Source of the DNA: Bacilli bacterium
GTDB taxonomy: Bacteria; Bacillota_I; Bacilli_A; RFN20; CAG-826
DNA: 64,000 nt
Reading direction: 5' to 3'
Assembly (NCBI GenBank): GCA_017959905.1
Contig: JAGCZS010000005.1
Span: forward strand, 88,737-152,736
Shown here: positions 20,775 to 30,488 of the stretch, piece by piece
Numbering within the stretch: position 1 is the first letter of the stretch
How the letters are laid out: each line of letters opens with the position of its first letter
Program-made: the position numbers and the translations under genes
The notes under the pieces: model-generated
What the model saw: only the letters and a program-made list of their open reading frames with translations
Databases searched by the model: none
What the model was told of the DNA's origin: nothing

Positions 20775-23012
20775 ATGCGAAAAATAACAGCAGTTTTTTT
20801 AACAACGTTACTTTTCATCTTATTTTTTGTATCTATTTGTCTTATAGTATTAAAATTTTCCCCATCAATAATTATTTTTAATGTTTTAAGTTTGTTGTTT
20901 GTTTTTGCGTTTTGGTTATTGGAATTTTATGCTCACAAATTTTTTTTGGAGGAGGACAAAAAGATTGTTAATAGTGTTATAAATAAGTGTCAGCGAACTA
21001 TCTATAATTTTTGCGGCATAGGATTAATTTTAATTGATGATGATAATAAAATAATATGGTTTAATGATGTTTTTAATGAATTAGCAGGGAATGGAAGAAT
21101 TTTTTTAAATCAAAACATTTTTATTTTTTGTGATAAATTACAAAACCCATTTTCGAATAGTCGTAAAGAATATGAAATTGATTTGTTTAATAAGTTTTAT
21201 AGAACAGAGTATTTAGCAGACATTAAATTATTTATTTTTTATGATGTAAATAATATTAAAAAAGCGGAAACAAAAATAAACAATAATCGTTTAGTTATTG
21301 GGATAATAATTATTGATAATTATTATACAACAGTGTTAGATAGCAATTTAAACGATATAAATAGTAGTTATTATAAAATTAGAAATTCGTTGTTGGATTA
21401 TGCAAAGAAAAAAAATATTTTAATAAATCAAATTAGAGATGATGCTTATTTATTTTTATGTAATTTTTTAACATATAGTCAAAATCTTTTGGACGATGTT
21501 GAAAATAATAATTTATTTATAAGTCAAAAAGAGCGTTTTGAAAATAGTAATAATACAATTACGATATCTGTAGGAATATCTTTTAATTGCGACAATATAA
21601 ATCAATTGTATAAATTAGCTAACGAAGCCGTTGTTTGCGCTATAGAACGTGGCGGAAATCAAATAGTAGTTTATGAACATGGGAAAGACATGGTTTTCTT
21701 CGGGCGAAGCGACTATCAAGCCTACGAAAATAATAGTAATAATTTGCTAAATTTTGTTGAAAAATTAATTGGAACAATTAAAAAATCAAATATTGTTTTT
21801 GTCGTCGGTCATGTTAACGGAGATGTTGATTCACTTGCTAGTTGTCTAGGTATTTATGCTATATGTAAGAACTATAAAAAAAAATGTTTTATTTTTTGCG
21901 ATATTGCAACATTAGAAGAAAAAGCTAAAAAAATTTTAAAAGATTTTTTATCTTTAGAATCAAAAAATGTTTTTCTGAATAAGGATGATTTGGGTAATCA
22001 CGATGAAATTAATAAAAAAGAAAATCTATTGATAATTGTTGATCATAATTTTTTAGAAATTTCTGAAATAAAAGACGTTTATCAAGATTATTTTAATAAA
22101 TGTTCGGTAATTATAATCGATCACCATAGACATCAAAATAAAAAGTTAGATACTGCAATTTATCATATAGACGTTTATGCTTCTAGCACGTCAGAAATTA
22201 TCTCCGAAATTATTCGTGTATCCGATATTAATATTACAGCAAAAATATCGACTTTGTTGTTATCAGGCATATTATTTGATTCTGGTTTTTTCCGTTCATC
22301 TAGAACAAATTTTTCGACATTTCAAGTTGCTTCTTTTTTAATAAACAAAAGACATGCTAATAAAATAGAAGCTTTTAATTTGTTAAAAGATAATTTTGAC
22401 GAAGTCAAACAAATTATGCAGTTCGTAAGTAATAATATTATTGAAATTTGCGACGGCATATCGTGTTGTTTATTAAATAACGGTACATGTGAAAAAGGAT
22501 TTTTAGCAAAAATAGCCAATAATATGGTACAAATTCAAAATATAAAAGTAGCATTTGTTTTAGGAAAAGTTAGTGATAATAGTATTTATGTTTCATGTCG
22601 TAGTGATGGCAAAACCAATGTTCAAATAATAGCTGAAAAATTAGGTGGTGGCGGTCATTTGGATGCGGCAGCATTTTCTATGACTAACAAAACAATTTAT
22701 GAAGTGGTCGAGCAATTATTTCATGTTTTAGAAATAGAATTGAAGCAAAGTATTTTATGTTGTCCTGTGTGTTTTCATAAATTAGTAAAACAAAGCAATT
22801 ATAATAAAAAAAATGCTTTTTTTGTTTGTGACAATACTGATAATTGCCGTTATATAACATATTGTGATAATGATGATATTAAACAAGATAAAGAAATTAA
22901 AAAATATACTACTTTTGAAAATTTTAGATCTGATGCGTTTTTTTCAACTGATGATGTGCTTTTTAATTGGTTTGAAGAACACGCGTACTTAGAAACAAAA
23001 AAACAAAAATGA
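20775..23012 (+). CDS. gdpP: GdpP-family c-di-AMP phosphodiesterase (2 TM, PAS-like, degenerate GGDEF-like, DHH-DHHA1) with an extra C-terminal Cys4 zinc-ribbon-like extension
   Basis: 745 aa. Two N-terminal TM helices, DHH motifs VVGHVNGDVDSLAS and VIIIDHHRH, and DHHA1 GGGGHLDAAAF. Conserved position between rpsR and rplI. C-terminal CPVCFHK...(x18)...CDNTDNC. Confidence 0.8.
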   Translation: MRKITAVFLTTLLFILFFVSICLIVLKFSPSIIIFNVLSLLFVFAFWLLEFYAHKFFLEEDKKIVNSVINKCQRTIYNFCGIGLILIDDDNKIIWFNDVFNELAGNGRIFLNQNIFIFCDKLQNPFSNSRKEYEIDLFNKFYRTEYLADIKLFIFYDVNNIKKAETKINNNRLVIGIIIIDNYYTTVLDSNLNDINSSYYKIRNSLLDYAKKKNILINQIRDDAYLFLCNFLTYSQNLLDDVENNNLFISQKERFENSNNTITISVGISFNCDNINQLYKLANEAVVCAIERGGNQIVVYEHGKDMVFFGRSDYQAYENNSNNLLNFVEKLIGTIKKSNIVFVVGHVNGDVDSLASCLGIYAICKNYKKKCFIFCDIATLEEKAKKILKDFLSLESKNVFLNKDDLGNHDEINKKENLLIIVDHNFLEISEIKDVYQDYFNKCSVIIIDHHRHQNKKLDTAIYHIDVYASSTSEIISEIIRVSDINITAKISTLLLSGILFDSGFFRSSRTNFSTFQVASFLINKRHANKIEAFNLLKDNFDEVKQIMQFVSNNIIEICDGISCCLLNNGTCEKGFLAKIANNMVQIQNIKVAFVLGKVSDNSIYVSCRSDGKTNVQIIAEKLGGGGHLDAAAFSMTNKTIYEVVEQLFHVLEIELKQSILCCPVCFHKLVKQSNYNKKNAFFVCDNTDNCRYITYCDNDDIKQDKEIKKYTTFENFRSDAFFSTDDVLFNWFEEHAYLETKKQK

Positions 23013-23455
23013 AAATAATTCTTTTAGAAGATATAAAAAAAATCGGCAAAAAACACGATATTGTTAAAATTAATAAAGGATACGCCTGTAATTATTTAAT
23101 TCCGAAAAAAAAAGCAGTACCTTATAATAAAGATAATCTGTTTTTTATTAAAAAATGGCAAAAACAAGAGCAAACAAAAAAAGATCAACAGACAACATTA
23201 GCTAACGAAATAAAAGATAAATTAGATAAAATAACTTTAAAATTTTATGTTAAAAAAAATCCAAATGGAAAAATGATAGGTATTATTTCTGACAAACAGA
23301 TAGAAGAAAAATTAAAAAGTTTTGGCATAAATATTGATAAAAGAAAAATTCTTGATAAAAATTCTATTAATAGTTTTGGAAAATTTTGTTTAAATATAAA
23401 ATTATATGACAATGTTATTGGCAAAATTAATGTTGTGGTCGAATGTAAAGAATAG
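23009..23455 (+). CDS. rplI: 50S ribosomal protein L9
   Basis: 148 aa starting MKIILLEDIKKIGKKHDIVKINKGYACNYLIPKK. Confidence 0.9.
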   Translation: MKIILLEDIKKIGKKHDIVKINKGYACNYLIPKKKAVPYNKDNLFFIKKWQKQEQTKKDQQTTLANEIKDKLDKITLKFYVKKNPNGKMIGIISDKQIEEKLKSFGINIDKRKILDKNSINSFGKFCLNIKLYDNVIGKINVVVECKE

Positions 23456-23460
23456 CAGCA

Positions 23461-24921
23461 ATGATTAAAAATGACGATTTACCAAAAAATGTAGAAACAG
23501 AAAGTGAATTAATAGGATTAATGATTAAATTTGCATTAATTCGAAACGATGCGTTGGCTATTTTAAAAAGAAATGATTTTTTCTTGCCAGAACATCAAAT
23601 TATTTTTGACATAATTTATGATTTGAACAACAAAAACAAAAACGTTAATATTTATACTATATGGGACAATATTAAGGTTCAAAAAAAAGACAACCTTGTG
23701 CATTTTAATTTTTTAACTTATTTATTAGAGTCCGTTGTAACAGATAAAGAGTATTTTAGACTTATTGATATTATAAAAGAAAATTCTAATTTAAGAAGTT
23801 TATTAGTGGCTATTTCTAAAATTGAAAGCGATTTTTTAAGCAATCGAAATGAATTAGATGATTATTCTTCTTTTGTTGCGTCAGCTCAAAAAACCATTAA
23901 TTTAATAGCAGATCAGCGTAAAATTTCTAATTTTATGAGTAGTCATGAAATAGTCGAGGATGTTGAGCGTTATATTTTTGATATCGCTAATAAACGAAAA
24001 GAAAACGATTTAATAGGAATTGATACTGGTTTTAAAGAATTAAATTATTATACAAATGGATTTCAAAAACAAAATTTAATTATTGTTGCTGGTAGGCCAG
24101 GTTTAGGAAAAACCGCTTTCGCTTTAAATTTAGTTCTTAATATAGCAAGAGAAGGGAAAAATGCAGTTGCAATGTTTGAAATGGAAATGTCAACCAGAAT
24201 GTTATATTTAAGGCTAGTTTCTAATTTATCTAAAGTAAAATACAATAAAGTTGCTAAAGGAAGATTTAACGATACTGAAAAAGTTCGTATAAGCGAATCT
24301 TTAAAAGTACTAGAAAAATTAAAAATTTATGTTGACGAATCTAGTTCTTTAAGTATTATGGATTTGATTGCAAAATCGCGTAAATTAAAAGCGCAATGCC
24401 CAGATTTAGTTATGATTGTTATTGATTATTTGGGATTAATTTCCAGCGATATAAAAAATAATGTTCGAAAATATAATACACGTCAATTAGAAATTCAAGA
24501 ATACTCACGTTTGTTGCATGAATTAGCGCGTGAGTTAGATGTAACCATTGTTTTGCTTTGCCAATTAAATCGTAAAGTTGAAGAACGTGGCGGTGTTCCT
24601 CGATTGAGTGATTTAAGAGAATCCGGTTCTATCGAACAAGATGCAGAACTAGTTTTATTACTACATAGAGAAGATTATGGCAAAAATGAGTTAGTTAAAG
24701 AAAAAAATAAGGACAATTTAGAAGATAATTCATATCCGATTAAAAACAGCGAAGACGATCAAACTTCTATTTTGGACATTATAATTGCTAAAAATCGTAA
24801 TGGAGAAAGCGACAGGCGTTTTCAATTATTTTTTCGTAAATCCTACGGAAACATGATTGATGTTCCATATGATTTTGAAAATCAAAAAAAGAAAATAGAA
24901 CAAGAACTTGAAGAATTATAA
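23461..24921 (+). CDS. dnaB: Replicative DNA helicase (DnaB family; called DnaC in Bacillus)
   Basis: 486 aa with Walker A GRPGLGKTAFALN, Walker B VIDYLGLI, and position after rplI. Confidence 0.9.
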   Translation: MIKNDDLPKNVETESELIGLMIKFALIRNDALAILKRNDFFLPEHQIIFDIIYDLNNKNKNVNIYTIWDNIKVQKKDNLVHFNFLTYLLESVVTDKEYFRLIDIIKENSNLRSLLVAISKIESDFLSNRNELDDYSSFVASAQKTINLIADQRKISNFMSSHEIVEDVERYIFDIANKRKENDLIGIDTGFKELNYYTNGFQKQNLIIVAGRPGLGKTAFALNLVLNIAREGKNAVAMFEMEMSTRMLYLRLVSNLSKVKYNKVAKGRFNDTEKVRISESLKVLEKLKIYVDESSSLSIMDLIAKSRKLKAQCPDLVMIVIDYLGLISSDIKNNVRKYNTRQLEIQEYSRLLHELARELDVTIVLLCQLNRKVEERGGVPRLSDLRESGSIEQDAELVLLLHREDYGKNELVKEKNKDNLEDNSYPIKNSEDDQTSILDIIIAKNRNGESDRRFQLFFRKSYGNMIDVPYDFENQKKKIEQELEEL

Positions 24922-24938
24922 AATAGTAATATTATTTG

Positions 24939-26006
24939 CTATTTTAAATCATCCTTTTGTTGTTTATTATTTTGTGTATTAATATAATTTGTATTAAAGA
25001 CCATAGTTCTCATGGATAGCAAAAATAAGAATACATTTATGCTGTATGTGTTAAAAAGTATATCGATAAAAAAAGCGATAATAGACAGTACAAAACCAAA
25101 ACAGTAAATAATTTTTCTATATTCTGAAAATGAGAATTTATTTTTTTGTTTATTCAAAACCCATAACATTATAGATAGTAAAAATATATAAAAAATATAA
25201 ATTGTTACATTATTGAGAGCAGATGTTACTAATAGAAATGGTTTTTCACCGTAAAAAGCTTTATCAAAAAAAACCATCCATTTGTTCAATGTTTCTACAT
25301 TGTTATTTGGAACATAAAAGTCAGTTAATAAATTAGTATTAATACCGATTTTATTATAATTTCCAGTTATGTATGAAATAATTTTTTTTTCGTTAGATTT
25401 GTATAAACAACAAAAAACATTGTATTTGCCAAATACAATAAAAGATGAAAAATCAGTATAAGTTTTTATAATGTTATTAACGAAATAATTAAACTCTTTT
25501 TTGCTGGCTGTATCAATAAAAAAAATTTTTAGGTATATTTTTTCATTATTTCGTCGATTTATCCGTTTCCATATAAAAGTGTGAATATTATGGCTATCTT
25601 TTTCGAATGATTCATTCCAATCTGATTGTGTTATATTAATAAAATGTTGGTTGTTTGAATCTTTTTGTATTAATAGTTTTAATTTCTTATTTTTATTATT
25701 GTATTCTGAGAATTTTGTTAATCCAATATCAATATCATATATATAACTATTGTTGCGAAGCCAATCAGACCCGTTTTTTTGTTGTAATACAATAACTACT
25801 GGTAATATTAAAAAAAATATTGTTATAAACAAAAAAAAGAAAGGAAGAATTTTATATTTTTTTACTATTTCTACACAATTGCCATTTCTTAATGACGAAA
25901 ATAGTATTTGCAGAAAATTATTAATTTTTTTAAAACCCATAAATTGTTTGAAAATAAATTTTATTTTAAATTTAAAAATATAAAATAATTCATAATTATA
26001 ACACAC
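24939..26006 (-). CDS. Hypothetical membrane protein (N-terminal TM, ~230-aa extracytoplasmic region, C-terminal TM bundle)
   Basis: 355-aa ORF filling an otherwise dense region. Hydrophobic segments at both ends. No recognisable motifs. Confidence 0.45.
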   Translation of the reverse strand: MCYNYELFYIFKFKIKFIFKQFMGFKKINNFLQILFSSLRNGNCVEIVKKYKILPFFFLFITIFFLILPVVIVLQQKNGSDWLRNNSYIYDIDIGLTKFSEYNNKNKKLKLLIQKDSNNQHFINITQSDWNESFEKDSHNIHTFIWKRINRRNNEKIYLKIFFIDTASKKEFNYFVNNIIKTYTDFSSFIVFGKYNVFCCLYKSNEKKIISYITGNYNKIGINTNLLTDFYVPNNNVETLNKWMVFFDKAFYGEKPFLLVTSALNNVTIYIFYIFLLSIMLWVLNKQKNKFSFSEYRKIIYCFGFVLSIIAFFIDILFNTYSINVFLFLLSMRTMVFNTNYINTQNNKQQKDDLK

Positions 26007-26106
26007 CTAGCCGCCGGATTAAGATATAATAAATATAAATTGCTTATTCTAAATTGGGAATAAAATTAGCGTGGAAAGAGATAATTTACTTTAAAAGGAA
26101 TTTTTT

Positions 26107-26373
26107 ATGTCAGAGATATTAAAAAGTAGTAAAAAACAAGATAACGGTAAAGCTAAAGACAAAGCAATAGGCGCTGCGGATAATAAAAAATATGTCGATT
26201 GTGTGATTACATGTGTTTCATGTGGTTGTAAATTGTATACCCAATCAATAATGCCAGAAATTAAAACAGAAGTTTGTTCTAATTGTCATCCGTTTTATAA
26301 CGGAGTTATAGTTTCTAAAACTATCGGAAAAGCTAAACAATTTATAGAAAAATTACAGCGTAATAAAAAATAA
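26107..26373 (+). CDS. rpmE: 50S ribosomal protein L31
   Basis: 88 aa with the zinc ribbon CVSCGCKLYT...CSNCHPFYNG. Confidence 0.85.
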   Translation: MSEILKSSKKQDNGKAKDKAIGAADNKKYVDCVITCVSCGCKLYTQSIMPEIKTEVCSNCHPFYNGVIVSKTIGKAKQFIEKLQRNKK

Positions 26374-26462
26374 TTAATACGCCAAACAACACATAACAAA
26401 GTTTTATTTTGTTGTTTAAATTGATATTTGTTAATTAGGGACATATTTAACGGATAATTAAA

Positions 26463-28031
26463 GTGAAAAATTTTTATATTACAACTCCTATTTATTATGC
26501 AAATGGCGCACCACATTTAGGACACGCATATACGACAATTTTTTGTGATATTTTATCACGTAGTAAACGTTTGTTAGGACATGAAGTTTTTTTTTCTGTT
26601 GGTACAGATGAACACGGAAAAAAAATAGAAAAAAACGCTATAAAAAATGGGTTAACACCACAATTTTTTGTTGATAATATGTCTGAACAATTTAAAAAAA
26701 TGTGGAAAATGCTAGATATAGATTATGACATGTTTATTAGAACGACAAACCAACGCCACATAAACAACGTTAAACAGTTTTTTTCTAAAATGTTAAGTAA
26801 TAACGACATATATTTAGGCGAATATGAAGGATGGTATTGTATCGATTGCGAATCTTTTTGGTCCGATAGCCAAGTTGGCGAAAAAAAAATATGCCCAGAT
26901 TGTTTGAGAACTGTTAAAAAAATAAAAGAAGAAAGTTATTTTTTTAAATGTTCTAGATATGTCGAAAAGTTATTAAATTTTTATAATCAAAATATGGATT
27001 TTTGTCTTCCTAAAGTTCAGTTAAATGAGATGATTAATAATTTTATAACGCCAGGTTTAAAGGACTTAAGCGTTTCGCGCACTAACGATAATTGGGGAAT
27101 TAGAGTAGAAGAAAACACTAAACATACTGTTTATGTTTGGTTTGATGCTTTATTTAATTATTTTTCGGCTGTTAACTTTGATAACGAAGTTTATAAAAAA
27201 TTTTGGTTGAATAATGATACAGAAATTATTCATGTTGTCGGTAAAGATATAGCGCGTTTTCATTGTATTTATTGGCCTATGTTTCTTATGGCGTGTGATA
27301 TGCGATTACCCAACCGTGTTTTAGCACATGGATTAATTAAAATAAAAAACGAAAAAATGAGCAAATCAAAACATAATAGTATTGATCCAGTTTTATTAAC
27401 ACAATATTTTGGGTCTGATGTTATTAGATATTTTTTAATAAGTGAAATACCATTTGGAAATAATTATGATTATAGTTTTGAACGTTTTATTGAGCGTATA
27501 AACATTTTGCCTCATCAATTAGGCAATCTGTTAAATCGTGTTATATCGATGTTATTACAATATTTTGATGGCGCTATACCAACATTTTCTTCACTTAATT
27601 TAGAAGATGCAAAGATGCAAGATAAAATGTTTTCAGCCATTAAAGATTATAAAAAAAATATTGACAATTTAAACATAACAGAAGCCACATCGACAGTTTT
27701 TTTATTTGTTGCCGACGTTAATAAATATATTGATGATATTGCCCCATGGAAATTATATAAAAATAATAAATTTAAAGAATTAGAAAGTGTTATGTCGCAT
27801 TTGGCACATTTTTTGTATGTTATAGCCATGTTATTGTCACCAATTCTTGTTAATAAACACAAAATTATTTTAAATCAATTAGGCGTACTAGACAAATTTA
27901 GAAAATTAGAATTTATAGATAAATTTGGAATTTTAAATAATTGTGTTGTTGTTAAAGGAGAGCTGCTCTTTAAAACTATTGACGATAAAGATATTGATAA
28001 TTTAAAAACGTTATTGAATATAGATGATTAA
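26463..28031 (+). CDS. metG: Methionyl-tRNA synthetase
   Basis: 522 aa. Class I HIGH motif (PHLGHAYT) and KMSKS (KMSKSKHN). Apparent GTG start. Confidence 0.9.
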   Translation: MKNFYITTPIYYANGAPHLGHAYTTIFCDILSRSKRLLGHEVFFSVGTDEHGKKIEKNAIKNGLTPQFFVDNMSEQFKKMWKMLDIDYDMFIRTTNQRHINNVKQFFSKMLSNNDIYLGEYEGWYCIDCESFWSDSQVGEKKICPDCLRTVKKIKEESYFFKCSRYVEKLLNFYNQNMDFCLPKVQLNEMINNFITPGLKDLSVSRTNDNWGIRVEENTKHTVYVWFDALFNYFSAVNFDNEVYKKFWLNNDTEIIHVVGKDIARFHCIYWPMFLMACDMRLPNRVLAHGLIKIKNEKMSKSKHNSIDPVLLTQYFGSDVIRYFLISEIPFGNNYDYSFERFIERINILPHQLGNLLNRVISMLLQYFDGAIPTFSSLNLEDAKMQDKMFSAIKDYKKNIDNLNITEATSTVFLFVADVNKYIDDIAPWKLYKNNKFKELESVMSHLAHFLYVIAMLLSPILVNKHKIILNQLGVLDKFRKLEFIDKFGILNNCVVVKGELLFKTIDDKDIDNLKTLLNIDD

Positions 28032-28848
28032 TAATAATAAAAAAAAAATATTAGAAGTTAAAAACGTTAGTTTAAGTTATTCTAAAAAACAAATAATAGA
28101 TGATGTTAATCTTTGTATATACGAAGGAGAAACTATTTCTATTATTGGACATAATGGCTGTGGAAAAACAACGTTAGGAAAAATATTAGCATTTTTAATA
28201 CAACCTGATAAAGGTGAATTTTTTTTTGATAATAAAAAAGTTTCAAATAATTATGATAACTTGCAAAAATATATTGGTTTTGTTTTTCAAAATCCGGATA
28301 ATCAGTTTTTTGGTTCAACTGTAGAAGACGATATTGCTTTTGGGCTGGAAAATCATTTAGTTCAGCAGGATCAGATGTCAAAATTAATAAACGATGTAGC
28401 TAAAGAGATCGGAATTTTAGATTTATTAAAAAAAGATGTTCAGCAATTAAGCGGCGGTCAAAAACAACAAGTATCAATCGCAGATATTTTGGTATTAAAG
28501 CCAAAAGTGATTATCTTTGATGAGTCGTTTTCTATGCTGGATTTTTCTAATAAAAAAAAAATATTTGAATTAATAAAAACAATAAAAAAAAAGTATAAAT
28601 TAACCATTATTTATATAACACACGATTTAGAAGATACTTTAGACAGTGACCGTGTTTTTCTTCTTGAACATGGAAAAATTTTTTTAAGTGGTTCGCCAAA
28701 TTATGTTTTTCAACAAAGTGAAAAATTACAACAAATTAATTTTGAAACCCCATTTATTTTTCAACTTAATCAAAGATTAATAAATAAAGGAATTATAAAA
28801 AAAGTAATCTTTGATATAGAGCAGTTAGTTAAAATAATATGCAAATAA
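28024..28848 (+). CDS. ecfA1: ECF transporter ATPase component A1
   Basis: 274 aa with Walker A GHNGCGKTT, ABC signature LSGGQKQQ and Walker B IIFDES. Tandem with a second ATPase and a T component. Confidence 0.85.
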   Translation: MINNNKKKILEVKNVSLSYSKKQIIDDVNLCIYEGETISIIGHNGCGKTTLGKILAFLIQPDKGEFFFDNKKVSNNYDNLQKYIGFVFQNPDNQFFGSTVEDDIAFGLENHLVQQDQMSKLINDVAKEIGILDLLKKDVQQLSGGQKQQVSIADILVLKPKVIIFDESFSMLDFSNKKKIFELIKTIKKKYKLTIIYITHDLEDTLDSDRVFLLEHGKIFLSGSPNYVFQQSEKLQQINFETPFIFQLNQRLINKGIIKKVIFDIEQLVKIICK

Positions 28849-29684
28849 ATTTTAAGAATGTTACTTTTTTTTATAATGAAAAAACATTTTTTAAACAGTG
28901 TGTTTTGAAAAATATTAATTTAGATTTAACAAAAGAAGATTTTATTGCTGTAATTGGCAAAAACGGCTCTGGTAAATCCACTATTATTGATTTGATTAGT
29001 TGTTTTTTAAAACCGACCGAAGGATGCGTAATAATTGACGATTTTGTTAATGATAAAAAGAAATCTGATAAAAAAAAATTATATAATTTGCGAAAAAAAA
29101 TTGGCGTTTTATTTCAATTCTCTGAAAATCAATTATTTAAAGATACGGTTATTGATGACGTTATGTTTGGTGTTAAAAATTTTTATCCAGAAAAAAATGC
29201 TAGACAAGAAGCTGAAAGAACGTTGGCTTTAGTTGGTTTAGATAGCTCTTTTTACAATCGTTATCCATTTGAATTGTCAAGTGGTGAAAAAAGACGCGTC
29301 GCTATAGCTGGCATTTTAGCGTACAATCCGAAATTATTAATTTTAGATGAAATAACTGTCGGTTTAGATGTACATTCAAAAAAAACATTAATGAAATTAT
29401 TAAAAAATATTCAAAAGACGCAAAAAATTAAAATTATATTAGTTACGCACGATATGGATATTGTTTTGAAGTATGCTAATAAAGTAGTTTTATTAGATAA
29501 TGGAAAAATTATAAAAATTGGTTGTCCTGACGAAGTTTTATCTAATGTTGCTATTGAACAATTTGGCATGAAGATTCCAAATATTATTAAATTTACTAAT
29601 TTATTAAAAATAAACGGTTTTGATAAGACTAAAAAACATTTTTTTACGATTAATGAGGTAATAAATAGTTTAAAAAATGAATAA
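28839..29684 (+). CDS. ecfA2: ECF transporter ATPase component A2
   Basis: 281 aa with Walker A GKNGSGKST, signature LSSGEKRR and Walker B LILDEIT. Confidence 0.85.
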   Translation: MQINFKNVTFFYNEKTFFKQCVLKNINLDLTKEDFIAVIGKNGSGKSTIIDLISCFLKPTEGCVIIDDFVNDKKKSDKKKLYNLRKKIGVLFQFSENQLFKDTVIDDVMFGVKNFYPEKNARQEAERTLALVGLDSSFYNRYPFELSSGEKRRVAIAGILAYNPKLLILDEITVGLDVHSKKTLMKLLKNIQKTQKIKIILVTHDMDIVLKYANKVVLLDNGKIIKIGCPDEVLSNVAIEQFGMKIPNIIKFTNLLKINGFDKTKKHFFTINEVINSLKNE

Positions 29685-30484
29685 TTTTTTATTTTTTAGA
29701 TACTCGCCACATGAAACTTTTATTCATCAAATTAGCCCGATTGTTAAAATAATATGCGTCTTTGTTTATACATTATTGACTTTTGCAACTTTTAAAACAC
29801 TTTTTTTTACTATTATTTACGCAATTTTAAATTTTATTTTTATTTTATTTATCTAAGATTAATTTACTTAACATTTTTCGACAATTACTAAATTTCAAAT
29901 TTTTGATATTGTTTATTTTTGTCATTAATTTATTAACGATACAAAAACAAGCACATGTTATGCGTATTTTTTTAATTGATAAACAATTTATGCCAAAAGC
30001 TTTTTTTCAAACATCAAAAATAATCTATCGTATTTTTAAAATGTTAAGTATATCTAATATTTTGATCGTTACAACAAGGCCGCAAGAAATAGCAAGTAGC
30101 TTTTGCACTTTGCTTCGCCCATTATCATTTTTAAAGTTACAATCGGAAAATATTAATATGATGATTACTATTTCGATTCGTTATATATATATATTTTTTC
30201 AAGAGATAAATCGATTGTATAAAGCACAAATTTCTCGAGGCATGAAAAATGATAATTTTTTTCAAAAAATAACAATATTTTTTTTAATTATTAATCCGCT
30301 ATTTGATTTCATTTTTCGTTCAAGCAATGACTTAGTTTTTGCTTTAAAAACCAGAGGATACAGAATAAATGTAAATAGAACACATTATCGGCAAATAATT
30401 TTGCATAAAAAAGACGCAATAACAATTACCTTTATGGCGTTTTTTTTGCTATTATTTGTTATAATACGATTATTAGAATATTAA
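29677..30484 (+). pseudogene. ecfT: ECF transporter T component (EcfT) with an apparent 1-nt frameshift in an A/T tract near codon 52-60; possibly a sequencing error
   Basis: Frame 1 from the ATG at 29677 gives the EcfT-like N-terminus MNNFLFFRYSPHETFIHQISPIVKIICVF... and stops at TAA 29854. A second frame is open from 29831 and continues into the 193-aa ORF ending at 30484. Joined, the product is ~269 aa, the normal EcfT size. Confidence 0.55.
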
Positions 30485-30488
30485 TGAC

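Noticed and set aside
28839-29684. Possibility that the ecfA1-ecfA2-ecfT-NptA-like block is a horizontally acquired transporter island.
   Set aside because: Composition and codon usage look the same as the surrounding genes. ecfAAT next to metG and near tsaEBD is a common Firmicute core arrangement.
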